Assembly: GCA_964591485.1 (NCBI GenBank)
Contig: CAZQDE010000009.1
Location: 19 to 64,018, forward strand
Direction: 5' to 3'
DNA: 64,000 nucleotides
Origin: an uncultured Anaerolineaceae bacterium
GTDB taxonomy: Bacteria; Chloroflexota; Anaerolineae; Anaerolineales; E44-bin32
The notes beneath the pieces were generated by a model. That model searched no databases. It was not told the origin of the DNA and was given only the letters and a program-made list of their open reading frames with translations. Position numbers and translations under genes: made by a program. Numbering within the stretch: position 1 is the first letter of the stretch; the number at the start of each line of letters is the position of its first letter. Shown here piece after piece: positions 56,318 to 64,000 of the stretch.

Positions 56318-58183
56318 CTACGGCAGGACCACATCCACCACCATCATGCGGTGGTCGGAGGCAGTCGATTCGGGCACCCAGGCTCTCAGCGGTTCCAGTC
56401 CCCGCAAGAATACGAAATCGATGCGCGATTGCGGGTTCACCGCCGGGCTGGTCGGCGGCGCCGGATCTATGCCCAACACTTCGAATGGATCTTGGAAACC
56501 GGCTTCCTTGATGGCCCCTATCTCCGGATCATCTGGCCGGCTGTTGAAATCCCCACCGAAGGCAGCCGGGACGCGGTCACCGATGAATGCCAATGCCTCA
56601 TCAATCTGCCGTAGGGTGTCTTCATCTGAGAGTCCCAGCCAAATCCCATAGGCATGCAAACCGGCATCCTCCAGGTGGGCGCCCACAATGCCCGTCTGTT
56701 CTTGTCGGCTCGTCAGCAGTTTTGCCGAGAGCTCGCCGGGGCTTCCCTTATAGAGCAGAGCGATGCCGGTGAGGTGTTCCACGGTGGGCAAATAGGCAAC
56801 ATTCATCCCCAGGCGGCGTCCAAGATAGTAGGCGTTATCCATCGAATACGAGGTCATGCGGCCGACATCCACCTCCTGCAGGGCGATGATGTCGACCCCC
56901 GCATCTGCGATGGTTTGGGCCATGTCTTCGATCGTCAGGTGCCAATCGTCATCGTAACCATAGTGAATGTTGTAGGTGGCCAGGCGGGCTTTCCCGTCTC
57001 CGCCGAGAGGGTGCGGCGCTTGGGGCCAGACGGCCACGAAGACGATGGCCAGGACAACCATCGATGCCATCGCCAACCAGGTCGGCTCAGGTTCATCCCG
57101 CGAGATTGGCTCACGGGCCCTGCCCGCTGCCCCTGCCGCCAAAGCGAGGAACGCCGCCAGGTAAACCACCCAGCCTTTCTCCCGCATGAAGGGGAGGGTG
57201 TAGGGATACGTGAACGCGAAGGCGTTCACGTAATTGAGAATCAATAAGATGATCAGCCCGGCACTGACTCTCCACCCGCTCTTGCCGCGCCGGTGGACTT
57301 GCTGATCCGACTTCGCCAGCCAGATTGAAAGCATACCCCATTGACATAACAAGAGTGCCAGCAGTGAGGCCACACCCCGGCTGAAATAGGCCAGCATCAG
57401 ACCTCCCCCAAAGAGCACCAGTGTCATCACGCGCAGGAAAGGAACTGCCATCAGCAGCCGCGTGGCCCGCTGGGCGCTCGGGAAGAGCGCCAGGCAAGTC
57501 GTCGCTGCCAGCAGCGGCGCCGCCATCGCATAGTGGGCGCCCGTCCAGTGCCCAATGGCGTGCGGCAGACTCAGCAGCGAGGCCTCCAGAAAGAGAAAGC
57601 CACCCAGGGCCCACCCCCAGCGTCGGCCCGGGATGCTGGCCTCCACTGCCCCATCCTCCCAGGGCCTCAGCCCCGCCACGGCCAGTAGGCTCAATGCATA
57701 CCAGGCGAAGAAGATGGCGATCCATGAACTTCCCAGACTCGCATCCAGCGTGTCTCCAACCACTCTGAGCAGCATTTCGATGATCAGCGCCCAGATGACC
57801 GACAGCGCGGCCCTGCGCGAATCCCGGGCCATCAGGCCGGCCAGGAAGATTCCGGCCAACGCGATCACCAGCAGGCTGCCTGCATAACGGATCCAGGGAT
57901 CGTTGAATGAGAGGGCGATGCGGCCGGCTGCGACACCCGTGGCCACCCAACCCATGCCCTTGTTTGCCCACCGGGCGGGCAAGAGCCCTGGGAGCAGAAA
58001 CGCCAACAGGATGAGCACATGGCTCACCGGCAGCCAAGCGTCCAGCGGCCCCTCGAACACCTGATCGTAGATGAATCCGAACATCACCGAGAAGAGCACT
58101 CGCAACGCCTGAAGCAAGAAGAGCATCGAGGCGACCGCCAGCGCCCGTTCGATCCATGTCCGCAACCTGATGCGTGAGACCAT
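56318..58183 (-). CDS. Polytopic membrane protein with C-terminal endonuclease/exonuclease/phosphatase (EEP) domain
   Basis: About 12 TM helices, then TYNIH, ALQEVD, GGDFN, IDFVF and SDH. Start could be GTG 58228. Confidence 0.82.
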   Translation of the reverse strand: MVSRIRLRTWIERALAVASMLFLLQALRVLFSVMFGFIYDQVFEGPLDAWLPVSHVLILLAFLLPGLLPARWANKGMGWVATGVAAGRIALSFNDPWIRYAGSLLVIALAGIFLAGLMARDSRRAALSVIWALIIEMLLRVVGDTLDASLGSSWIAIFFAWYALSLLAVAGLRPWEDGAVEASIPGRRWGWALGGFLFLEASLLSLPHAIGHWTGAHYAMAAPLLAATTCLALFPSAQRATRLLMAVPFLRVMTLVLFGGGLMLAYFSRGVASLLALLLCQWGMLSIWLAKSDQQVHRRGKSGWRVSAGLIILLILNYVNAFAFTYPYTLPFMREKGWVVYLAAFLALAAGAAGRAREPISRDEPEPTWLAMASMVVLAIVFVAVWPQAPHPLGGDGKARLATYNIHYGYDDDWHLTIEDMAQTIADAGVDIIALQEVDVGRMTSYSMDNAYYLGRRLGMNVAYLPTVEHLTGIALLYKGSPGELSAKLLTSRQEQTGIVGAHLEDAGLHAYGIWLGLSDEDTLRQIDEALAFIGDRVPAAFGGDFNSRPDDPEIGAIKEAGFQDPFEVLGIDPAPPTSPAVNPQSRIDFVFLRGLEPLRAWVPESTASDHRMMVVDVVLP

Positions 58184-58267
58184 ATTCAATCCACTGCCTC
58201 CCATTGCTTTCAGGATGTGCCGCTCCACCTCTTGCTGCCCTGATTTGGCCGGTTGGGGGCGGCAAGA

Positions 58268-59044
58268 TCAGGCGTAGAAATCCTTCAACTCGGCCACTGG
58301 AAGCGTGATCAAGCCTTCCTCTGCCTTTCCCACCTGGCAGACGCCCTCCGGGCGGGCCGCCACCAGATAGGCCGTGTAGGCACCCATCAAGGCATCCAGC
58401 TCCTCTGGGGTGTGCAGCTCCTCGAGCGGCAGGTGTCCGGTGAGCAAATGGTGCCGCGTCAATTCCTCCAGGGCTTGCATCGGATTCGGTAGGTCAACTC
58501 CTTCCAGGTAGAGCACCAATTGCCTTTGCATGCGCCCTTCGAAGCTATGCTTGAGGAAGGGCCTCCGCTCAAGCAGTGTTGCGTAACCCGCGTGGGCGCG
58601 CGCCTCCAGCATCAGGCGCGGCTTTGGATCTTCCCCCTGCCGATAGGCCGTAAAGCCTAGCTCCTCCAGCCGGCCGAAGAGCCTGAAACCCATCCGCACC
58701 CAGGGCTTCGCCCGCTCGACCTCCTCCGGGGTGTTATAGAGACGGATATTTCGCCGGCGCAATTCATACTCGCAAACCCGCCAGCCCGACCAGGTTCTGC
58801 CACCCGGGCGCAGGTTGAAGCGCTGACGGATTTCCGGTCGCCGCATCAAGCCACAATTCGGACCCTGGGGCGCGTCGACGGCCACGACCGCCGATTCGAA
58901 CGAGGCGACGATCGCCAGCAGGCTCTCTAAATCGTCCCTCTCCATGGCCACCAACCGCAGCTCCCGGTCGAGCGCCACCAATTGCATCGGCTTCGTTCCA
59001 GCCGTCGGGTCTATGCCCACGAACACAGCCTCGGTGAACAACAT
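58268..59044 (-). CDS. DUF429 (RNase H-like) protein
   Basis: FVGIDP, VAVDAP, CEYELRRRNI and LDALMGAYTA. Confidence 0.75.
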   Translation of the reverse strand: MLFTEAVFVGIDPTAGTKPMQLVALDRELRLVAMERDDLESLLAIVASFESAVVAVDAPQGPNCGLMRRPEIRQRFNLRPGGRTWSGWRVCEYELRRRNIRLYNTPEEVERAKPWVRMGFRLFGRLEELGFTAYRQGEDPKPRLMLEARAHAGYATLLERRPFLKHSFEGRMQRQLVLYLEGVDLPNPMQALEELTRHHLLTGHLPLEELHTPEELDALMGAYTAYLVAARPEGVCQVGKAEEGLITLPVAELKDFYA

Positions 59045-59054
59045 AGGCACTCCT

Positions 59055-59489
59055 TCAGCTCGCCGCCGGTCGCGAATCCTGCAACTGGCGATGGAAGGTC
59101 TCCCAACTGGCGCGATCCGTATCGTATGGAGCGAGCCAGGGCTTCTCACCCGCTTCGCGCAGCGCTCTCTCCAGCCGCGCCCCGGCACACAGACGATAGG
59201 CCACGAACACCCAGCGGACGCGGTGGCGACCCTCCCGCCCATGGAGCAAGACCTTGTGGCCTGCATCCAGAGATTGGCGTACAAACTCGCCCGCCAGGCG
59301 GCGGAGGCTCTGATCAAGAGGTTCCACAGCCGTCTTCAGCCAGAGGAACCGCGCCGGCAGAGGTCCCTGGAACCGGGAGGGCCGTTCTGCGGCAACGTGC
59401 ACCACCGCGGTGATGCCGGTGGTTTCAGCGAACGCCTCCCAGGCCTGCGGGATGTGTTCCCCGCCAGCGGCATAGATACTCGCGTGCAC
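59055..59489 (-). CDS. Dual-specificity-phosphatase-fold protein lacking the catalytic Cys
   Basis: GITAVVHV...KVLLHGREGRHR aligns with the VHCxxGxxR loop. Start uncertain (59489 or 59546). Confidence 0.5.
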   Translation of the reverse strand: MHASIYAAGGEHIPQAWEAFAETTGITAVVHVAAERPSRFQGPLPARFLWLKTAVEPLDQSLRRLAGEFVRQSLDAGHKVLLHGREGRHRVRWVFVAYRLCAGARLERALREAGEKPWLAPYDTDRASWETFHRQLQDSRPAAS

Positions 59490-59548
59490 CCAGGCCAAGG
59501 GTTTGCTCCTTCCTTCGCCGGTTGCAATCCTGAGTATACAGCGCAATT

Positions 59549-59577
59549 TTGACCCCGGCGAACGCCGCGGCTATACT
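59549..59577 (+). promoter_or_regulatory. Sigma70 promoter of the aldehyde dehydrogenase gene
   Basis: TTGACC (59549-59554), 17-nt spacer, TATACT (59572-59577). A divergent TATACT lies at 59538-59533. Confidence 0.7.
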
Positions 59578-59620
59578 CTCACCCGATAGGTCCATGTTCC
59601 AATCGCCAGGAGAAGAAGCG

Positions 59621-61216
59621 ATGTCCCCCAAGTCCAAGATCAAAGGCGCCCCCTTCAAACTCACCTACGCCACCATGTTCGATCCGCCAGAGGAGCTTCA
59701 CACCCGCTATGAGCGGGCGCTCCGCAAGGTACGCCGCTCGCTCGGGCAAGAATATGGCATGCTCATCGGCGGACGCGAGGTACGCAGTCGGGAAAAATTC
59801 GAAGACCGTTCCCCCATCAACCAGGATTGGTTGCTGGGCCGGTTTCAAAAGGGAACACCCAGGCATGCCAAGCAAGCGCTGGCGGCGGCACGCAAAGCCT
59901 TCCCCGTTTGGTCCTGCCTGCCGTGGCGCGAGCGCGTGCGCCTGCTTCGCAAGGCCGCCAGCCGCATCGACCGCCGCATCTACGAGATCGCGGCCGTCAC
60001 CTCCCTCGAGGTGGGCAAGAACCGCATGGAGGCGTTGGGCGACGTGGCCGAGGCGGCCGATCTGATTCGTTACGCCTGCGACCAGATGGAGGTCAACCAG
60101 GGCTATGTGGTGCGCATGGGAAAGGATCCGCTCAAGGGTTACCGCGCCGTGAATACCTCGGTCCTGCGCCCATATGGCGTCTGGCTGGTCATCAGCCCCT
60201 TCAACTTCCCCGCTGCCCTCACCGCGGGTCCGACGGGCGCGGCGCTCCTGGCCGGCAACACGGTGGTGATGAAGCCCGCGACCGACACGCCCTGGACCGT
60301 GCGGTTGCTGGCCGAGTGCTTCTTGGAGGCAGGCCTGCCAGACGGTGTGGTCAACTATGTGACCGGCCCGGGTTCCACGATGGGACAAGCGCTGATCGAC
60401 TCGCCCGAGGTGGACGGGATCACTTTCACCGGCTCCTTCGATGTCGGCATGAGTATCTATCGCAGCATGGCGCGGGGCCGCTACCCCCGCCCAGTCATCC
60501 TTGAGATGGGCGGCAAGAACCCCTCGATCGTGTCCAGGAACGCCGACCTGGAGCGCGCCGCCGCGGGCATCGTCCGCTCGGCCTTCGGCCTGCAGGGCCA
60601 GAAATGCTCCGCCAACTCGCGCATTTACATCGAGCGGCCGGTCTACAAGGCCTTCCTCGACCGCTTGGTGGAGGTGACCAAGAAGATCACCATCGGCGAC
60701 CCTACCGACCGGCAGACCTTCCTGGGGCCGGTCATCAACCGCAGCGCCTACCGCGACTTCCAGCGCTGCGTTCGTGAACTCGCTGCCGCCGGGACGATCC
60801 TCATCGGCGGAAAGGTCCGCAAGGATGGCGCTCTTGCCAAGGGTTTCTTCTGCGAGCCCACCATCGCCGCTGGGGTGCCCACGAGCCACCGGCTCTGGCA
60901 GCACGAGATGTTCCTGCCCATCACCATGGTTCATGCCGTGCCGGACCTTGAGCGGGCGATGCGCCTGGCAAATGACAGCCTCTATGGCTTGACGGCGGGT
61001 TTTTACGGTTCCGAGGAGGAGGCGCTGTGGTTCTTCGAGAACATCCAGGCCGGCGTGACCTACGCCAACCGGCCCCAGGGATCGACCACCGGCGCCTGGC
61101 CGGGCTTCCAGCCCTTCGGCGGCTGGAAGGGATCGGGTTCCTCCGGCAAGAACGCCGGCGGCCATTATTACCTGCCGCTCTACATGCGCGAGCAGATCCA
61201 CACCCTGATACGCTAG
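59621..61216 (+). CDS. Aldehyde dehydrogenase, P5C-dehydrogenase (RocA/PruA)-like
   Basis: ISPFNFP, MKPA, FTGS, EMGGKN, GQKCSA and QPFGGWKGSG. Confidence 0.88.
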   Translation: MSPKSKIKGAPFKLTYATMFDPPEELHTRYERALRKVRRSLGQEYGMLIGGREVRSREKFEDRSPINQDWLLGRFQKGTPRHAKQALAAARKAFPVWSCLPWRERVRLLRKAASRIDRRIYEIAAVTSLEVGKNRMEALGDVAEAADLIRYACDQMEVNQGYVVRMGKDPLKGYRAVNTSVLRPYGVWLVISPFNFPAALTAGPTGAALLAGNTVVMKPATDTPWTVRLLAECFLEAGLPDGVVNYVTGPGSTMGQALIDSPEVDGITFTGSFDVGMSIYRSMARGRYPRPVILEMGGKNPSIVSRNADLERAAAGIVRSAFGLQGQKCSANSRIYIERPVYKAFLDRLVEVTKKITIGDPTDRQTFLGPVINRSAYRDFQRCVRELAAAGTILIGGKVRKDGALAKGFFCEPTIAAGVPTSHRLWQHEMFLPITMVHAVPDLERAMRLANDSLYGLTAGFYGSEEEALWFFENIQAGVTYANRPQGSTTGAWPGFQPFGGWKGSGSSGKNAGGHYYLPLYMREQIHTLIR

Positions 61217-61267
61217 GATGAGCATGGCCCCCTCCCCAAGCTCTATGGAGGGAGCCTCCTGCGAAAA

Positions 61268-61507
61268 ATGTCCTTGCGGCTCGCTTCGGCATTGATCCTG
61301 GTGGGGCTGATCGCCCTGGTAATCTTTCTGCTCACGGCGCAGATCGGTCAGGGCGACCCGGCCGTGCTCCTCCTGGGCGCGGCGCTCACGGCTTTGGGCT
61401 TGCTCATACGCCGCCGGACCTTGCGGCGGATCCGGCGCTTCTCTCGGGGTCGCTTCCGGCTGCTGCGCCGCCTGCGGGGAGAAGCCGACGAGACGGAGGA
61501 CCTGTAG
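61268..61507 (+). CDS. Small two-TM hypothetical protein with Arg-rich tail
   Basis: 79 aa with two hydrophobic helices. Confidence 0.55.
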   Translation: MSLRLASALILVGLIALVIFLLTAQIGQGDPAVLLLGAALTALGLLIRRRTLRRIRRFSRGRFRLLRRLRGEADETEDL

Positions 61508-61598
61508 GGGCAGCCGGCCGGTCGCCCCTTTGCAGTTGGGGCTGGTGGGCAACTCTGGTAGACTGTTCCCGACATAGACTCTCAGGAGGAGCAGAGCC

Positions 61599-62366
61599 AT
61601 GGCCGACGAGATCGAGTACACCCTGCACGGCGATGATTTGCAATTGGTTGAGATCGAGCTCGACCCGGGTGAGGGCGTGCGCGCCGAGGCGGGCACCCTG
61701 ACCTATATGCAGGACGGCATCGAGATGCAGACCACCACCGGCGGTGGCATTTTCAAGGGCCTCAAGCGCGCCATCACGGGGGAGAGTTTCTTCATCACCA
61801 CCTTCCTCAATGGCGGGCAAGGCAAGCTGCGCACAGCCTTCGCCGCGCCCTATCCCGGGAAGATCGTCCCTCTCCACCTGAGGGACTTCGGTGGCAGGCT
61901 TCTATGCCAAAAGGATTCCTTCCTCTGCGCCGCACAAGGCATTGAGATCGAGGTGGCCTTCACCAAGCGGCTGGGGGCCGGCATCTTCGGCGGCGAAGGT
62001 TTCATCCTGCAACGCCTGGAGGGCGACGGACTGGTCTTTGTGCACGCCGGTGGAACGGTCATTGAGAAGGAGCTCGCGGACGGCGAGGTGCTCAAAGTCG
62101 ACACTGGCTGCCTGGTCGCTTTCGCCGAGAGCGTGGATTACGACATCCAATTCATAGGCGGATTCCGCAACGCCCTCTTTGGCGGGGAAGGGCTCTTCCT
62201 GGCCCGACTCACCGGCCCCGGGAAAGTCTACTTGCAGAGCCTGCCCTTCTCGCGCCTCGCGGACCGGGTGCTGAGCGCAGCCCGCAGCCGCAAGGTGGAC
62301 GAGAAGCGCGGCGCGGCCGGACTGGGTGGGGACATCCTTGGCGGGCTGCTGAGCGGCGGCAACTAG
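61599..62366 (+). CDS. TIGR00266/AIM24 family protein
   Basis: VRAEAG, GESFFIT, AFAAPYPG, CQKDSFL, FGGEGF, VDTGCLV and GPGKVYLQSLP. Confidence 0.92.
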   Translation: MADEIEYTLHGDDLQLVEIELDPGEGVRAEAGTLTYMQDGIEMQTTTGGGIFKGLKRAITGESFFITTFLNGGQGKLRTAFAAPYPGKIVPLHLRDFGGRLLCQKDSFLCAAQGIEIEVAFTKRLGAGIFGGEGFILQRLEGDGLVFVHAGGTVIEKELADGEVLKVDTGCLVAFAESVDYDIQFIGGFRNALFGGEGLFLARLTGPGKVYLQSLPFSRLADRVLSAARSRKVDEKRGAAGLGGDILGGLLSGGN

Positions 62367-62401
62367 CAAGGCTTGAGCCGCCAGAGGATCGAGGCCAGCC
62401 G

Positions 62402-62881
62402 GTGCTCCACGCCCAGAACGTCTTCATCTCGGTGGATATCGAGACCTCGGGCCACAATCCAAGCGATTACGCCATGCTCTCACTCGGCGCCTGCCGCGTC
62501 GACAGGCCAGACGTATCGTTCTACGTCGAACTGCGCCCGGACCGACCGGGGATCGATGCGGATGCGGTCGAGATCTCCGGTCTTGATCCTGCCCGCCTGC
62601 GGCGCGAGGGGCTTGAACCAAGACAGGCGTTGCTCGACCAGGCGGATGCATTGGTGCTCTCGGTCGTCGAAGCGCTGGAAGGCGAGCATGAGACCGCCAT
62701 CGTCCGCTCGCTGCTGCGCTTGCGGGCGGCGCTCTCCGATGATCGCACCGGACAGGCCTGGGCCGCCCAAGTGGAGGCTACCCGGGCGGAGGTGATCAAT
62801 CTGGTCAACAATTTCTTCTATGACCGTCTGACCGGCTATCCCACAGTCCGGATCTACATAGATAGCCTGCATGCGAGCTAG
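62402..62881 (+). pseudogene. Probable chimera: 5' part of a DEDDh 3'-5' exonuclease fused in frame to the 3' part of another gene
   Basis: SVDIETSG (ExoI) and FYVELRP are present; ExoII and ExoIII are absent. After ~62628 an unrelated helical tail (EVINLVNNFFYDRL) follows. Confidence 0.5.
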
Positions 62882-62884
62882 GAC

Positions 62885-63583
62885 ATGGCAGGATTGACCG
62901 ACTTATCAGGGGACGCAGCAGCCCAAGGACAGGAGCAGATCGCGCAGGCGCATGCCGCCTGGCAGCAAAGCATGACACGTCGTCTGCAAGAGCTGCGCGA
63001 TGTCCTGAGTCAGCGCGACCCGCATCACGTTGCGGCATGCTCAGGAGCAGAGATCTCCGAAGCCGGCTTGCGGCTGCGCTACTGGAGCAATCCTATCCTT
63101 GTAACCCTTCCAGAATGGCAATTGATCCGTGCCGAGGGCGAGCCATGCCCGACATTCGACGCCGGCATGCTGCTCTATTACCTGAGCACCGCCGACGGCT
63201 CGCCGTTGGCGGATCGGTGGATTGCCTTCCGAGAGTTGCCGGATGGAGGCTTCTACCACCAGGCCTTCCAGGGTTACAGCGGCGATCTCTTAGCGCGGGC
63301 CATCGGGCAACAGCCCGAGGCGCTCGAGGCGGCGGCCCAAGCCCTGGGCGGCATCCGGCTGCCGCATCTGGCCCCTGCCGCCTTCGCCTTCACACCCTTA
63401 CCGCGAGTGCGATTGGCCGCCGTCCTCTGGCCGGGTGATGAAGATTTTCCGGCGCGGGCATCCATCCTCTTCGATGCCGCCGCGAGCCACTACTTGCCCA
63501 CCGATGGGTTGGCGCTGTTGGGTGCAGGCTTGGCCCGCCGTTTGATACGGGCTGTGCCTCCATCGGGCAGCCTAGAGGAATAG
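62885..63583 (+). CDS. DUF3786 domain protein
   Basis: LLYYLSTADG...WIAFRELPDGGFY...F, and LWPGDEDFPARASILFD. Confidence 0.82.
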   Translation: MAGLTDLSGDAAAQGQEQIAQAHAAWQQSMTRRLQELRDVLSQRDPHHVAACSGAEISEAGLRLRYWSNPILVTLPEWQLIRAEGEPCPTFDAGMLLYYLSTADGSPLADRWIAFRELPDGGFYHQAFQGYSGDLLARAIGQQPEALEAAAQALGGIRLPHLAPAAFAFTPLPRVRLAAVLWPGDEDFPARASILFDAAASHYLPTDGLALLGAGLARRLIRAVPPSGSLEE

Positions 63584-63928
63584 CACCTTATCGGCACGCC
63601 ACATCGCCTCGAGGATATCCCCCATTCCCCCTCGCACACCCACCCGAAGCTGAGCACCCAGCCCCAACGTCTCGAAGCAGGTGCTGCAAAGGATGAGCGC
63701 CACACCGCGTTGCTCCAGGCTCTTGAGCGCTGGAAGCATGGGCGACCCCTCGCAGCAGACCCGCACACCCTCGGTGTAGAAGCAAATCTCGGCCGGCCGC
63801 AGGTCCGCCTCAGCCAGCAAGCCTAAGAGCTTTTCCGCCAGCGTGCCGGGCAGGTCTGGTTGGTCCGATCTGCCCATCCCGGCCTCACGGAAGGCTAGAA
63901 CGGGCCGGGGCGCATCGTGCGCGACCAT
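63572..63928 (-). CDS. DsrE-family protein (YedF C-terminal-like)
   Basis: ICFYTEGVRVCCEGS, ILCSTCFETLGL and GGMGDILEAM...ADKV. Confidence 0.78.
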   Translation of the reverse strand: MVAHDAPRPVLAFREAGMGRSDQPDLPGTLAEKLLGLLAEADLRPAEICFYTEGVRVCCEGSPMLPALKSLEQRGVALILCSTCFETLGLGAQLRVGVRGGMGDILEAMWRADKVLFL

Positions 63929-64000
63929 TCGTGTCTCCTTGTCGATGCGCAAAGATAGGGATCGGCCCAAAGTGTAGCACGGCAGGCAACCCGCGCAGTC

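Noticed and set aside
59579-61696. 705-aa antisense ORF (and similar ones at 8083-9345, 41337-42446, 47913-49190 and 20535-21536)
   Set aside because: These are shadow frames opposite well-supported genes in GC-rich DNA, with no motifs.
1-64000. CRISPR arrays, IS elements, integrases, prophage genes, rRNA, selenocysteine read-through
   Set aside because: I saw no regularly spaced repeats, transposase or integrase motifs, phage hallmark genes or supported in-frame TGA. The tRNA-Val shows no flanking att duplication.

Overview
GC-rich bacterial chromosome segment, probably Chloroflexota (Anaerolineae-like), inferred from gene types. It is densely coding with about 65 CDS. Housekeeping genes include hom, uvrC, a phosphohexomutase, menG, menA, lpdA, thrS with a T-box, and tRNA-Val(GAC). 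I found no CRISPR array, transposase, integrase or rRNA. The main candidate for a new system is at 45.5-55.5 kb on the minus strand: a TetR-led, tightly coupled operon with a perfect 16-bp operator. It encodes a class I SAM methyltransferase fused to an HgcA-like corrinoid and membrane domain (cap-helix motif NVWCAAGG), an HgcB-like ferredoxin, a deazaflavin-type oxidoreductase, a patatin and a complete ABC/HlyD efflux set. Other notable features: (1) an orphan GlmL/DUF6754-like membrane cluster at 20-27.4 kb; (2) a promoter- and terminator-bounded ~200-nt rod-like ncRNA (6S-like candidate); (3) a tRNA-Val gene directly upstream of the thrS T-box; (4) a Nal1-like protease followed by a stand-alone copy of its own N-terminal domain; (5) three gene remnants apparently collapsed by internal deletions; (6) several probable leaderless genes. 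All family assignments come from motif recognition by eye; no database search was run.
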